A stretch of 64,000 bases of DNA from Candidatus Eiseniibacteriota bacterium (GTDB lineage Bacteria; Eisenbacteria; RBG-16-71-46; DASYSL01). Position 1 is the first letter of the stretch; the number at the start of each line of letters is the position of its first letter. The position numbers and the translations under genes are program-made. Under the pieces are notes generated by a model. The model was not told the origin of the DNA and did not search any database. It saw nothing but the letters and a program-made list of their open reading frames with translations. The DNA is taken from NCBI GenBank assembly GCA_031431875.1, contig JANPEF010000008.1, forward strand, positions 2,284 to 66,283, in the 5' to 3' direction. This document shows, piece after piece, positions 1 to 8,834 of the stretch.

Positions 1-87
1 GGCGAGACGTTGTCCGCTGCCCGCGACATCGTCGGGCGGCAGGACGAGGTCCAGATCCTCGACTGGATCGTCGCCCACCACGAATGA
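1..87 (+). CDS. 3' end of an upstream gene (partial, product not recognised)
   Basis: Open frame from the window edge ends at TGA 85-87 (…GETLSAARDIVGRQDEVQILDWIVAHHE*), 13 nt before rbfA. It does not look like the IF-2 C-terminus. It may be a small conserved protein of the nusA-infB-rbfA region. Confidence 0.35.
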   Translation, partial: GETLSAARDIVGRQDEVQILDWIVAHHE

Positions 88-100
88 CCCGGAGTCTCGC

Positions 101-472
101 GTGTCCAAGCGAACCGAACGCGTCGCCGACCTGATTCGGCGGGAACTGGCCGACATCCTCATGAACCGCATGCGCGATCCGCGTCTGGGGTTCATCTCGG
201 TGACCGGCGCCGAGGTGTCCCCCGACCTGGGGCACGCCGTCGTCTACCTCTCCAGCCTCGACGGGGCGGAGAGGCGCGCCGAGATCATCAAGGTGCTCTC
301 CTACGCCGTGCCGTTCCTGCGCCGCGAGCTGGCCCCGCGCCTCGGCCTGCGCGAGGTGCCGACGCTGCGCTTCGTCTACGACGAGTCGATCGAGCGTGGC
401 GCCCGCATCGAGGACCTGCTGCGCCAGATCAAGGAAGGCAAGCCCATCGACGACGAGACGGAGGAAAGCTGA
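101..472 (+). CDS. rbfA: ribosome-binding factor A
   Basis: 123 aa (MSKRTERVADLIRRELADILMN…). Typical RbfA length and N-terminal motif. Conserved position upstream of truB. Confidence 0.9.
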   Translation: MSKRTERVADLIRRELADILMNRMRDPRLGFISVTGAEVSPDLGHAVVYLSSLDGAERRAEIIKVLSYAVPFLRRELAPRLGLREVPTLRFVYDESIERGARIEDLLRQIKEGKPIDDETEES

Positions 473-1437
473 GCGACCTCGGCGACATCTCCGTCGTCCG
501 CCTCGACAAGGAGGCGGGTATCACGTCGCACGACGCGGTCGACCGCCTGCGCAAGATCGTCGGCACGCGCCGGGTGGGCCACGCCGGCACGCTCGATCCG
601 TTCGCCACCGGGCTCCTGCTGCTGGCCTGGGGGCGCGCCACGCGCCTCTTGCCGTTCCTTGCCGCGGGCGAGAAGAGCTACGCCGCCACGCTGCAGTTCG
701 GGATCACGACCCATAGCTATGACCTGACCGGCGACGTCGTCCGGCGCGACGACTCGCCGCTCGACGAGGGCGCGATCCGCGCCGCCGCCGCGCAGTTCGT
801 CGGCGCCCTCGAGCAGCGCGCGCCGGCGGTGTCGGCGATCAAGGTGGCCGGCGTCCCCCTCCATGCCCGCGTGCGCCGCGGCGAGGAGGTCGAGCCGCCC
901 GTGCGCTCCGTGCATGTCTCGGAATTGCGGATCGAGCGCGTCGACGTCGCGGCGCGCACGGTCGACTTCATCGTCACCTGCTCGGCGGGGACGTACGTGC
1001 GCAGCATCGGTCACGACTGGGGTGAGGCGCTGGGCGTCGGCGGTGCGCTGTCGGCGCTGCGCCGCCTGTCGATCGGCCCGCACGCGGTCGAAGGCGCGAT
1101 CCCGACGACCGACCTGCTCGATCGCCCCGAAGGTTCGATCCCCGAGTGGAACGACCGCCTCGCCGAAGCCGGGCTCACGCCCGAACAGGCGCTGTGCGCG
1201 CTGCCCGCGCTCACGCTCGACGAGGCCGAGGCGCGCGGTGTCGGCACCGGACGGGCGCCGGGCTGCCGGCGCGCGCTCGACGCCGGGCTCGTCGCGGGAA
1301 CGCCGGCATTCCGCCTGCTTGCCGCCGACGGCGCGCTGCTCGGCGTCGCCGCGCTCGATCCGACCGCCGCGACCACGCCCGACGATCCCTTCGAACTGCG
1401 CCTCGTGTGGGCCGTGCGCGAGGGCGCCGCGTCGTGA
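469..1437 (+). CDS. truB: tRNA pseudouridine(55) synthase TruB
   Basis: Contains the TruB catalytic region (…LDKEAGITSHDAVDRLRKIVGTRRVGHAGTLDP…). The first ATG/GTG/TTG in frame is GTG at 574, which lies inside the conserved catalytic motif. The true start must therefore be upstream. Only CTG 469-471 (overlapping the rbfA TGA) or an ATC is available. Start is approximate. Confidence 0.8.
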   Translation: MSDLGDISVVRLDKEAGITSHDAVDRLRKIVGTRRVGHAGTLDPFATGLLLLAWGRATRLLPFLAAGEKSYAATLQFGITTHSYDLTGDVVRRDDSPLDEGAIRAAAAQFVGALEQRAPAVSAIKVAGVPLHARVRRGEEVEPPVRSVHVSELRIERVDVAARTVDFIVTCSAGTYVRSIGHDWGEALGVGGALSALRRLSIGPHAVEGAIPTTDLLDRPEGSIPEWNDRLAEAGLTPEQALCALPALTLDEAEARGVGTGRAPGCRRALDAGLVAGTPAFRLLAADGALLGVAALDPTAATTPDDPFELRLVWAVREGAAS

Positions 1438-2360
1438 GCGGGCGGCCGCATGTCGTCGCCGTCGGCGTGTTCGACGGCTTGCACCGCGGCCACCGCCGGA
1501 TCATCGACACGGGCCGCGATCGCGCCGGCGAGGCGGGGGACGACGTCGGTCTCGCGGTCGTCACGTTCGATCCCCATCCCGATGCGGTGCTGGGCAAGGC
1601 CGCGGCCGAACTGCCGCTCACGCCGCCGCGCGAGAAGGCCGACCTGCTGCGCGCCTGGGGCGTCGACCGCGTGCACGTCCTGCCGTTCGATCGCGAACTC
1701 GCCGACCTCGAGCCCGCGGTGTTCGTCGAGCGCCACCTCACTTCCACGCTGGGCATGATCCGCCTCGTCACCGGCCCCGACTTCGCGCTGGGGCGGGGGC
1801 GTCGCGGCACGGTCGCCCACCTGGTCGCGCTGGGCGAGCGGCAGGGCTTTGCGGTCGAGACCGTGCCGCTGCTGCTCGAGCATCACGGCGCGGTCTCCTC
1901 GACCCGGGTGCGCGGCGCGCTGCGCGGCGGCGACGTGGGATTCGCCGCCGAGCTGCTGGGCCGATCGTTTTCGATCGTCGGCCGGGTCGTCCACGGGTGG
2001 GGAATCGGGGCCAAGCTCGCCTTTCCAACCGCCAACCTCGACCCGCTGGAGCCCAGGTTCCTGCCGGCCGATGGAGTCTATGCCGGGTGGGTCCATGTGC
2101 CCGGGGCCGCGACCGGTCCCGGTCCCGAGGGCGCCTGGCGCGGGGCGATCAGCCTCGGGCTGAGGCCCACCTTCGACGGCCACGACCGGGCCCTCGAGGT
2201 GCACGTGCTGGACCTGGACAAGAACTTGCGGGACATGGACTTGCGAGTCGAGTTCATGGTCTGGATCCGGGGCCAGGAGAAGTTCGAGGACGCGGCCGCG
2301 CTGGTCGCGGCGATGGGGCGCGATGTGGCCCATTGTCGCGATCTGTTGCCCGGGGTCTGA
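1434..2360 (+). CDS. ribF: bifunctional riboflavin kinase / FAD synthetase
   Basis: GTG 1434 overlaps the truB stop (GTGA). N-terminus VSGRPHVVAVGVFDGLHRGH is the FAD synthetase nucleotidyltransferase motif. C-terminal riboflavin kinase domain (…GWGIGAKLAFPTANL…). Upstream ATG at 1146 rejected as an in-frame extension into truB. Confidence 0.85.
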   Translation: MSGRPHVVAVGVFDGLHRGHRRIIDTGRDRAGEAGDDVGLAVVTFDPHPDAVLGKAAAELPLTPPREKADLLRAWGVDRVHVLPFDRELADLEPAVFVERHLTSTLGMIRLVTGPDFALGRGRRGTVAHLVALGERQGFAVETVPLLLEHHGAVSSTRVRGALRGGDVGFAAELLGRSFSIVGRVVHGWGIGAKLAFPTANLDPLEPRFLPADGVYAGWVHVPGAATGPGPEGAWRGAISLGLRPTFDGHDRALEVHVLDLDKNLRDMDLRVEFMVWIRGQEKFEDAAALVAAMGRDVAHCRDLLPGV

Positions 2361-2519
2361 TCGCGGCACCGTTTTTGCTCGCCCCGGCCCGCTCGCGGCT
2401 GCTAGGGTGCCGTCGAATCCGCCCGTCCGGGCGGGTTCGTGCTTCAAGCTCGGGTTGACTGGAGAGGTTGCACTCCCTGTCCCGGGCCCCGTTCGCATCG
2501 GAGGGAGGTGAACGAACGC

Positions 2520-2789
2520 ATGCCGCTCTCGAAAGAGACGAAGCAGGAAGTGATCGGAAAGTTCAAGCAGCACGAAGAAGACTCGGGTTCGCCCGAGGTC
2601 CAGATCGCCCTCCTCACGGAGAAGATCAAGTACCTCACCGAGCACTTCAAGATTCACAAGCGTGATCACGCGTCTCGCCGCGGGCTCCTGCGCATGGTCG
2701 GACAGCGCCGTCGCTTGCTCGACTATCTGAAGGCAACCAAGGTTGATCGTTATCGTGCGGTTTTGAAGGAACTCGGGCTGCGCCGTTAA
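2520..2789 (+). CDS. rpsO: 30S ribosomal protein S15
   Basis: 89 aa ([57 protein letters not shown]…). GGAGGGAGG RBS 5-10 nt upstream. The ORF-track start at 2439 is an upstream extension. Confidence 0.95.
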   Translation: MPLSKETKQEVIGKFKQHEEDSGSPEVQIALLTEKIKYLTEHFKIHKRDHASRRGLLRMVGQRRRLLDYLKATKVDRYRAVLKELGLRR

Positions 2790-2896
2790 CGCTCCCCCGG
2801 GTTTCGACGACGTGCGGCCGGGATCCCTCCCGGCCGCAAGTCGTGTCGGCCGTCGCCTCCCCGGCGACATGAGGCAGGAAGGAAGAGAGAGAGAGA

Positions 2897-4993
2897 ATGA
2901 TCGAACGTACCGTATCCGTTGAGTTGGGCGGACGCACCCTCAGTCTGCAGAGCGGCAAGATCGCCCGCCAGGCGGGTGGCTCGGCCGTCATCCAGTACGG
3001 CGGCACCGTGGTCCTCGTGGCCGCCACCGCCGACAAGAGGCCCGTCCAGAAGGACTTCGTCCCCCTCACCGTCGACTACCGTGAGCGCCTGTACGCCGCC
3101 GGCAAGATTCCGGGCGGCTTCTTCAAGCGCGAAGGTCGACCGACCGAGAAGGAGACGCTGACCTCGCGCCTCATCGATCGCCCCATCCGCCCGCTGTTCC
3201 CGAAAGCCTTCCCGTTCGAGATGCAGGTGCTGGCCACCGTGCTCTCGTCGGACCAGGAGAACGACTCGGACATCCTCGCCATGAACTGCGCTTCCGCGGC
3301 TCTCATGGTGTCGGACATCCCGTTTCCCGAGGCCATCGGCTGCGTGCGAGTCGGCAAGATCGAGGGCGAGTGGGTGGTCAACCCGACATTCGCGCAGCTC
3401 GACGAGTCGACCATGGACGTCGTCGTCGCCGGCACGAAGTCGAGCATCCTGATGGTGGAGGGCGGCACCCGTGAAGTCAGCGAGGCCGACCTGGTCGAGG
3501 CGCTCAAGTTCGCGCACGCCCACATCCAGGTCTGTGTCGCACTGCAGGAAGACCTGGCGCGCACGAACTCCAAGCCGAAGCGCCCGCTGGTCACGGTCGA
3601 GGACACCAGCGAGCTCATGTCCGGGCTCGAGGCGATCGTCACCGCGCCGCTGAAGAAGGCGATCCGCATTGCCAAGAAGGAAGAGCGCTACGACGAGATC
3701 AAGCGCATCGAGAGCGAGGCGGCGACGGCCCTGGCCGAGCGCTTCCCCGACTCCGAGGCGAAGGTCGGCAAGCTGTTCCACGACATCGAGCGCCGCGAGA
3801 GCCGCGAGATGGTCTTGAGCGACGGCATCCGTTCGGATGGCCGCACGCCGGACCAGATTCGCCCGATCCGCTGCGAAGTCTCGGTGCTGCCGCGCACGCA
3901 CGGTTCGGCGCTGTTCACCCGTGGCGAGACGCAGGCGCTGGCGGTGACCACGCTGGGCACGTCGAAGGACGAGCAGCGCATCGAGGAGCTCGAGGGCCAG
4001 TCGTGGAAGTCGTACATGCTGCACTACAACTTCCCGCCGTACTCGGTCGGTGAAGTGCGCCCGGTGCGCGGCGTCGGTCGCCGCGAAGTGGGTCACGGCG
4101 CCCTCGGCGAGCGCGGGATCGAGCCGGTCATCCCGGCCGACACCGTGTTCCCGTACACGATCCGCATCGTCTCCGACATCCTCGAGTCGAACGGCTCGTC
4201 GTCGATGGCGACGGTGTGCGCAGGTTCGCTGTCGCTCATGGACGCCGGTGTCCCGATCAAGGCGCCTGTCGCCGGGATCGCCATGGGCCTGATGAAGGAA
4301 GGCGATCGCTTCGCGGTCCTCTCCGACATCCTGGGCTCCGAGGATCACCTCGGCGACATGGACTTCAAGGTGACCGGCACGCGGGAAGGCATCACCGCGT
4401 TCCAGATGGACATCAAGATCAGCGGCATCACGTTCGAGATCATGGAGCAGGCACTGGCGCGTGCGCGCGACGGCCGCTTGCACATCCTCGGCGTGATGGA
4501 GCAGTGCCTGGCCGAGCCGCGCGAGGAGATCTCGGCGTACGCGCCGCGCATCTCGATCGTGCAGATCAACCCGGACAAGATCCGCGAGGTCATCGGACCG
4601 GGAGGCAAGGTCATCAAGCGCATCACCGAGGAGACCGGCGCCCAGATCGACATCGAGGACACCGGCGAGATCCGTATCGCCGCCTACTCGCTGGAGTCGG
4701 GCAAGCGGGCCGAGGAGATCATCCGCGGCATCGTCGAGGATCCCGAGGTGGGCATGGTGTTCAAGGGGAAGGTGCGCAGCATCGTGAGCTTCGGCGCATT
4801 CGTCGAAATCGTGCCGGGCAAGGACGGACTGCTCCACATCTCCGAGATCGACCACAAGCGCACGAACCGCGTCGAGGACGTCCTGCAGATGGGCGACGAG
4901 GTCGAGGTGAAGGTGATCGCCGTCGATCGCGAGGGCAAGATCAAGCTCTCGCGGAAGGCGCTGATGACCGAGGCCGAGCCCGCCCGCCACTAG
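2897..4993 (+). CDS. pnp: polynucleotide phosphorylase (polyribonucleotide nucleotidyltransferase)
   Basis: 698 aa. Two RNase PH domains, KH and S1 domains (…GDMDFKVTGTREGITAFQMDIKISGITFEIM… ; C-terminal S1 …FKGKVRSIVSFGAFVEI…). Classical rpsO-pnp arrangement. Confidence 0.95.
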   Translation: MIERTVSVELGGRTLSLQSGKIARQAGGSAVIQYGGTVVLVAATADKRPVQKDFVPLTVDYRERLYAAGKIPGGFFKREGRPTEKETLTSRLIDRPIRPLFPKAFPFEMQVLATVLSSDQENDSDILAMNCASAALMVSDIPFPEAIGCVRVGKIEGEWVVNPTFAQLDESTMDVVVAGTKSSILMVEGGTREVSEADLVEALKFAHAHIQVCVALQEDLARTNSKPKRPLVTVEDTSELMSGLEAIVTAPLKKAIRIAKKEERYDEIKRIESEAATALAERFPDSEAKVGKLFHDIERRESREMVLSDGIRSDGRTPDQIRPIRCEVSVLPRTHGSALFTRGETQALAVTTLGTSKDEQRIEELEGQSWKSYMLHYNFPPYSVGEVRPVRGVGRREVGHGALGERGIEPVIPADTVFPYTIRIVSDILESNGSSSMATVCAGSLSLMDAGVPIKAPVAGIAMGLMKEGDRFAVLSDILGSEDHLGDMDFKVTGTREGITAFQMDIKISGITFEIMEQALARARDGRLHILGVMEQCLAEPREEISAYAPRISIVQINPDKIREVIGPGGKVIKRITEETGAQIDIEDTGEIRIAAYSLESGKRAEEIIRGIVEDPEVGMVFKGKVRSIVSFGAFVEIVPGKDGLLHISEIDHKRTNRVEDVLQMGDEVEVKVIAVDREGKIKLSRKALMTEAEPARH

Positions 4994-5031
4994 GTCGTTC
5001 GAGGTTTCGCGGCAGCAACGCATCGGCGCGA

Positions 5032-5066
5032 GCGGCGGGGAACCTTCCCCGCCGCTTCGCGTTTTC
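5032..5066 (+). terminator. intrinsic terminator-like hairpin downstream of pnp
   Basis: Perfect 11-bp inverted repeat GCGGCGGGGAA-cc-TTCCCCGCCGC (5032-5055) followed by TTCGCGTTTTC. Confidence 0.5.
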
Positions 5067-5090
5067 ACCCCGCACGGAGAGTCCGAAACC

Positions 5091-6389
5091 ATGGCCGAAG
5101 CGTCGCCCTACGTTCCCGTGAAGCGCGTCTATCCCAACGGCCTCACGCTCGTGTACGAGCGGATGCCCCACCGGGCGTCCATCGCACTGGGCGTGTGGCT
5201 GCGCGCGGGCGCGCGCGACGAACCCGAGGCGCAGGCGGGGATGACACACTTCCTCGAGCACATGCTGTTCAAGGGAACCGAGCGGCGCAACGCCTACCAG
5301 ATCTCGGCCTCGATCGAGGCGCTGGGCGGGCACCTCGACGCGTTCACCGCGCGCGAGCACGTCTGCTACTCGGCGCGGGCGCTCGACGAGCACCTGCCGC
5401 ACGCGCTCGACGTGCTCGCCGACGTGGTCGGGCATTCGACGCTGCCCGAGGACGAGCTGGCGCGCGAGAAGGAAGTCGTGCGCGAGGAGATCGCCTCGTA
5501 CGAGGACAGCCCCGAGGAGAAGGTGCACGACATCCTCGCCGCCACGCTGTGGGGCGGCGATCCGCTGGGCCGGCCGATCCTGGGCTCCGAGGAGAGCGTC
5601 GGCGGGTTCACCGTCGGCGGACTGGGCACGTTCTACCGCGACCGCTACCGGCCGCGGAACCTGGTCGTCTCGGTTGCAGGGTCGTTCGATCCGGCCTGGC
5701 TCGAGGACGCGGTGGGCAAGGCGTTCGGCGACGACGGCGGCTCGCCGATCGAACTGGCCTCAGCCGGCGCACCCGCCGCGCCCGCGTTCGCCTACGAGGG
5801 CCGCGACGTGTCGCAGCTGCACCTGGCGTTGGCCCGCCCGGGGATCGCCAACGATCATCCGGCGCGCTATCGCATGGCGGTGCTGAGCGCGATCATCGGC
5901 GGCGGAATGTCGTCGCGCCTGTTCCAGCGCCTGCGCGAGGAGCGCGGCCTCGCCTACTCGGTGTACAGCTCGACCGAGTCATACCGCGACACGGGCGCGG
6001 TGACGATCGCGATGGGCGTCCAGCCCGCGCGTGGTCCCGAGGCGCTGGCCTGCCTCCAGGAGGAGCTGGCGAAGTTCACGGCGGATGGGCCGAATGACGA
6101 GGAGCTCGACAGCGGGAAGGCGCAGATCCGCGGCTCGCTGTTGCTCGGCGAGGAGAGCGTCTCGAATCACATGTACCATCTCGCGCTCGACGAACTGTGC
6201 TACGGCGCCTTCGTCCCGCTCGAGCGCCACCTCACAGACGTCGCCGCGGTCACGCGCGACGAGGTCATCGCCGCCGCGCGCACGTGGATGGGGCCGACCG
6301 GCTGGAGCATCGCCGCGGTCGGCCCGAAGAAGAGCGAGGGCACCGTGCGGGATGCCGCGCAGGCGCTGGTGGAGCACGCCGGAGGCTGA
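5091..6389 (+). CDS. M16 family zinc metallopeptidase (insulinase/pitrilysin-like)
   Basis: 432 aa. Inverted zinc-binding motif HFLEH (…AQAGMTHFLEHMLFKGT…). M16 N- and C-domains. Commonly found downstream of pnp. Confidence 0.85.
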   Translation: MAEASPYVPVKRVYPNGLTLVYERMPHRASIALGVWLRAGARDEPEAQAGMTHFLEHMLFKGTERRNAYQISASIEALGGHLDAFTAREHVCYSARALDEHLPHALDVLADVVGHSTLPEDELAREKEVVREEIASYEDSPEEKVHDILAATLWGGDPLGRPILGSEESVGGFTVGGLGTFYRDRYRPRNLVVSVAGSFDPAWLEDAVGKAFGDDGGSPIELASAGAPAAPAFAYEGRDVSQLHLALARPGIANDHPARYRMAVLSAIIGGGMSSRLFQRLREERGLAYSVYSSTESYRDTGAVTIAMGVQPARGPEALACLQEELAKFTADGPNDEELDSGKAQIRGSLLLGEESVSNHMYHLALDELCYGAFVPLERHLTDVAAVTRDEVIAAARTWMGPTGWSIAAVGPKKSEGTVRDAAQALVEHAGG

Positions 6390-6450
6390 TCCTGGGACGT
6401 GCCGCCCGCCGCGCCCTGCCCTGCGGTCCCCAGGCCCACCCCGCGCACGA

Positions 6451-6542
6451 GAACAGCCCAATCGACTCGCACTGGTGCGAGTCAACTGGGCTGTTCGTCC
6501 GCGCAGGATCACCGGTTGCGGCAACTTGCGACGGCGCAAGTT
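6451..6542. terminator. pair of stem-loops between the convergent peptidase and aminotransferase genes
   Basis: Nested inverted repeats GAACAGCCCA…TGGGCTGTTC (6451-6496), with inner stem GACTCGCAC-tg-GTGCGAGTC. A second hairpin AACTTGCG-acgg-CGCAAGTT lies at 6523-6542. No U-tract, which is common for high-GC bidirectional terminators. Confidence 0.35.
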
Positions 6543-6573
6543 CCAGTTCGGCTGTGCCGAACCGGCCCGTCGC

Positions 6574-7779
6574 CTACGCCCGTCCGGCCGGCACTCCCTC
6601 GGCCCGGATCCCCGCCTCGGCCATGCGGCGCAACGCCTCGACCAGGCGCGCCTCGGTGTCGCACAGCGCCACGCGCACATAGCCCTCGCCCGACTTGCCG
6701 AAGCCCGATCCCGGCGACACCACCACGCCCGTGCGGTTGAGCAGGTCGGCGGTGAAATCGATCGAGCTGGTCGTGCCCTTCGGCACCGGCAGCCAGATGT
6801 ACATGCCCGCGCGGGGCGCCGGCAGGTCGAAGCCCAGCTGCTTGACGCCGGCGAGGAACACGTCGCGGCGGCCGCGGTAGATCGCGGCGACCTCGGCGCA
6901 GTAGTCCTGCGGGCCGGCGAGTGCGGCCATGGCGCCACGCTGGATCGCGGTGAAGATGCCGAAATCCATGTTCGCCTTGATCTTCGCCAGGCGGCCGATG
7001 GCGTCGGCGTTGCCCACGCAGAAGCCCACGCGCCAGCCCTGCATCGAGTAGCTCTTGGAGAACGAGTGGAACTCGACCGTGCGCTCCTTCGCCTTGTCGA
7101 ACTGCAGGAACGAGTGCGCCTGATACGTCGGATCGAGCGGCAGGTCGCAATAGGCGATGTCCGAGATCACGAACGTGTCGTGCTTCGTCGCCCAGACGTT
7201 GAGCTCGTCGTAGAACTCGGGCGTCTCGGTGCCGCCGGTCGGGTTGCCCGGGAAGTTGATCGTGATCAGGTGCGCCTTGTCGGCGGTCACATCCGGGATC
7301 GCCTTGAGATCCGGGCGAAACGCGTTCTCGACGGTCAGCGGCACATTGATGACGTCGGCCTGCGCCAGCGCCGAGATGCCGACATACGCCGGGTAGCACG
7401 GCGTGGTCAGCAGGATCGGATCGCCGGGATTCAGGTGGGCGAGGAAGAACTTGGCGATGCCCTCCTTCGAGCCGACCAGTGGCAGCACCTCGGTATCGGG
7501 GTTGAGCGTGACGCCGAAGCGCCGGTCGTACCATGCGGCGATCTCGCGCCGGAACTCGGGCAGGCCGGTGAACGCGGGATAGCGGTGGTTCGGCTGCTTC
7601 ACGTTCTCGAGCGCGTCCTCGAGCGCCTTCACGATGTGCGGCGCCGGGCGCATGTCGGGGTTGCCCACGCCCAGGTCGATGACGTCGACGCCCTCGGCGA
7701 TCTTGGCGTCGCGGGCGGCAAAGACCTTGGCCAGGGCATACGGGGCGAGGTTGTCCAATCGCTGCGAAGCGCGAAGCAT
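6574..7779 (-). CDS. pyridoxal-phosphate-dependent aminotransferase, class I/II (LL-DAP/aspartate aminotransferase-like)
   Basis: 402 aa from ATG 7779, with GGGAGG RBS upstream (MLRASQRLDNLAPYALAKVF…). Contains the PLP-lysine region …FHSFSKSYSMQGWRVGF…. The longer ORF-track N-terminus (to 8202) is low-complexity and was rejected. Confidence 0.85.
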   Translation of the reverse strand: MLRASQRLDNLAPYALAKVFAARDAKIAEGVDVIDLGVGNPDMRPAPHIVKALEDALENVKQPNHRYPAFTGLPEFRREIAAWYDRRFGVTLNPDTEVLPLVGSKEGIAKFFLAHLNPGDPILLTTPCYPAYVGISALAQADVINVPLTVENAFRPDLKAIPDVTADKAHLITINFPGNPTGGTETPEFYDELNVWATKHDTFVISDIAYCDLPLDPTYQAHSFLQFDKAKERTVEFHSFSKSYSMQGWRVGFCVGNADAIGRLAKIKANMDFGIFTAIQRGAMAALAGPQDYCAEVAAIYRGRRDVFLAGVKQLGFDLPAPRAGMYIWLPVPKGTTSSIDFTADLLNRTGVVVSPGSGFGKSGEGYVRVALCDTEARLVEALRRMAEAGIRAEGVPAGRA

Positions 7780-7939
7780 GCGGCCTCCCTGCGGGGTAGT
7801 AGGGGACGACCGGGCGGCGGGAAGGTCGCCTTGCGGCCCGGCGGAATCGCACCCTATTGTAGGGAGGCCCGCCGCCACCGCAAAGGGCTCGTTCGATCCG
7901 CTCCCCTCGTCGCCGGGGCCGGCTCGCAGGGAGGTGCCC

Positions 7940-8791
7940 GTGTCTCGTTGTTCCCCGTCGCGTGCTTCCGCCGTTCGCATCGCGGCAGCCACCGCCGTCC
8001 TCCTCGCCGCCGCCCTCGCCGGGCCCGCCCGCGCCGAGGGCACCGCGCCCGTCTCCTCCACGGCCCCGGTCCTCAGCAATGCCATCGCCCGGGAGAAGGG
8101 CCTGCCGTTCGGCCCCGGCGAATCGCTCAAGTTCTCGATCGAGTACGGGCTGATCAAGGCCGGCACCGCCTGGCTCGAGGTCGCGCCCATGCAGGTGTAC
8201 AAGGGACGGCCGTGCTATCACCTCGTCTCGCGGGCCGAGTCGAACGACGTCATGTCGAAGCTCTACAAGGTGCGCGACCGGATCGACTCGCTGGTCGACG
8301 CCGAGGGCCTGTACTCGTGGCGCTACAAGAAGCGCATGCGCGAAGGATCCTTCGAGCGCGACTACGACATCCTGTACGATCCGCCGAGCGGGAAGGCGAC
8401 GTACTCCGACGGCCGCAAGTTCGACGCCGAGCCGTGGTCGAAGGACGCGCTCGCCGCGTTCTACTACGTGCGCCACATGCCGCTCGAGGTGGGCAAGGAC
8501 ATCGCGATCACGCACCACTCGGACAAGCGCTCGAACGGCATCCAGGTCCAGGTGCACAAGCGCGAGACGGTGAAGGTCCCGGCGGGCACGTTCGATTGCT
8601 TCGTCATCGAGCCGATCATGTCCGAGGGCGGGCTGTTCAAGTCCAGCGGCCGGATGCAGATCTGGGTCACGGCCGACGAGCGCCGCATCCCGGTGCTGAT
8701 GAAGAGCAAGATCCCCGTCGGCTCGATCGACGCCGTGCTGACGGAGTACAAGACCGGCGGGCCCGCGTCCGTCGCGATCGCCCGGCCCTAG
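7940..8791 (+). CDS. secreted DUF3108-like protein
   Basis: GTG 7940 preceded by GCAGGGAGG. Signal peptide VSRCSPSRASAVRIAAATAVLLAAALAGPARA. Mature ~250 aa domain (…YKGRPCYHLVSRAESNDVMSKLYKVRDRIDS…). Family assignment is from memory of DUF3108 and needs an HMM check. Confidence 0.55.
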   Translation: MSRCSPSRASAVRIAAATAVLLAAALAGPARAEGTAPVSSTAPVLSNAIAREKGLPFGPGESLKFSIEYGLIKAGTAWLEVAPMQVYKGRPCYHLVSRAESNDVMSKLYKVRDRIDSLVDAEGLYSWRYKKRMREGSFERDYDILYDPPSGKATYSDGRKFDAEPWSKDALAAFYYVRHMPLEVGKDIAITHHSDKRSNGIQVQVHKRETVKVPAGTFDCFVIEPIMSEGGLFKSSGRMQIWVTADERRIPVLMKSKIPVGSIDAVLTEYKTGGPASVAIARP

Positions 8792-8834
8792 CCGCGACGG
8801 CCGGTTTCGCCGTCCCTTAGCCCGGAGAACATCG

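Noticed and set aside
376-5092. Long antisense and alternate-frame ORFs over the rbfA-pnp block (376..1083 -, 863..2458 +, 1011..2870 -, 2786..5092 -).
   Set aside because: Their translations are Arg/Pro/Gly/Ala-rich and low-complexity. They overlap well-conserved housekeeping genes on the other strand. These are typical stop-codon-poor artefacts of a high-GC genome.
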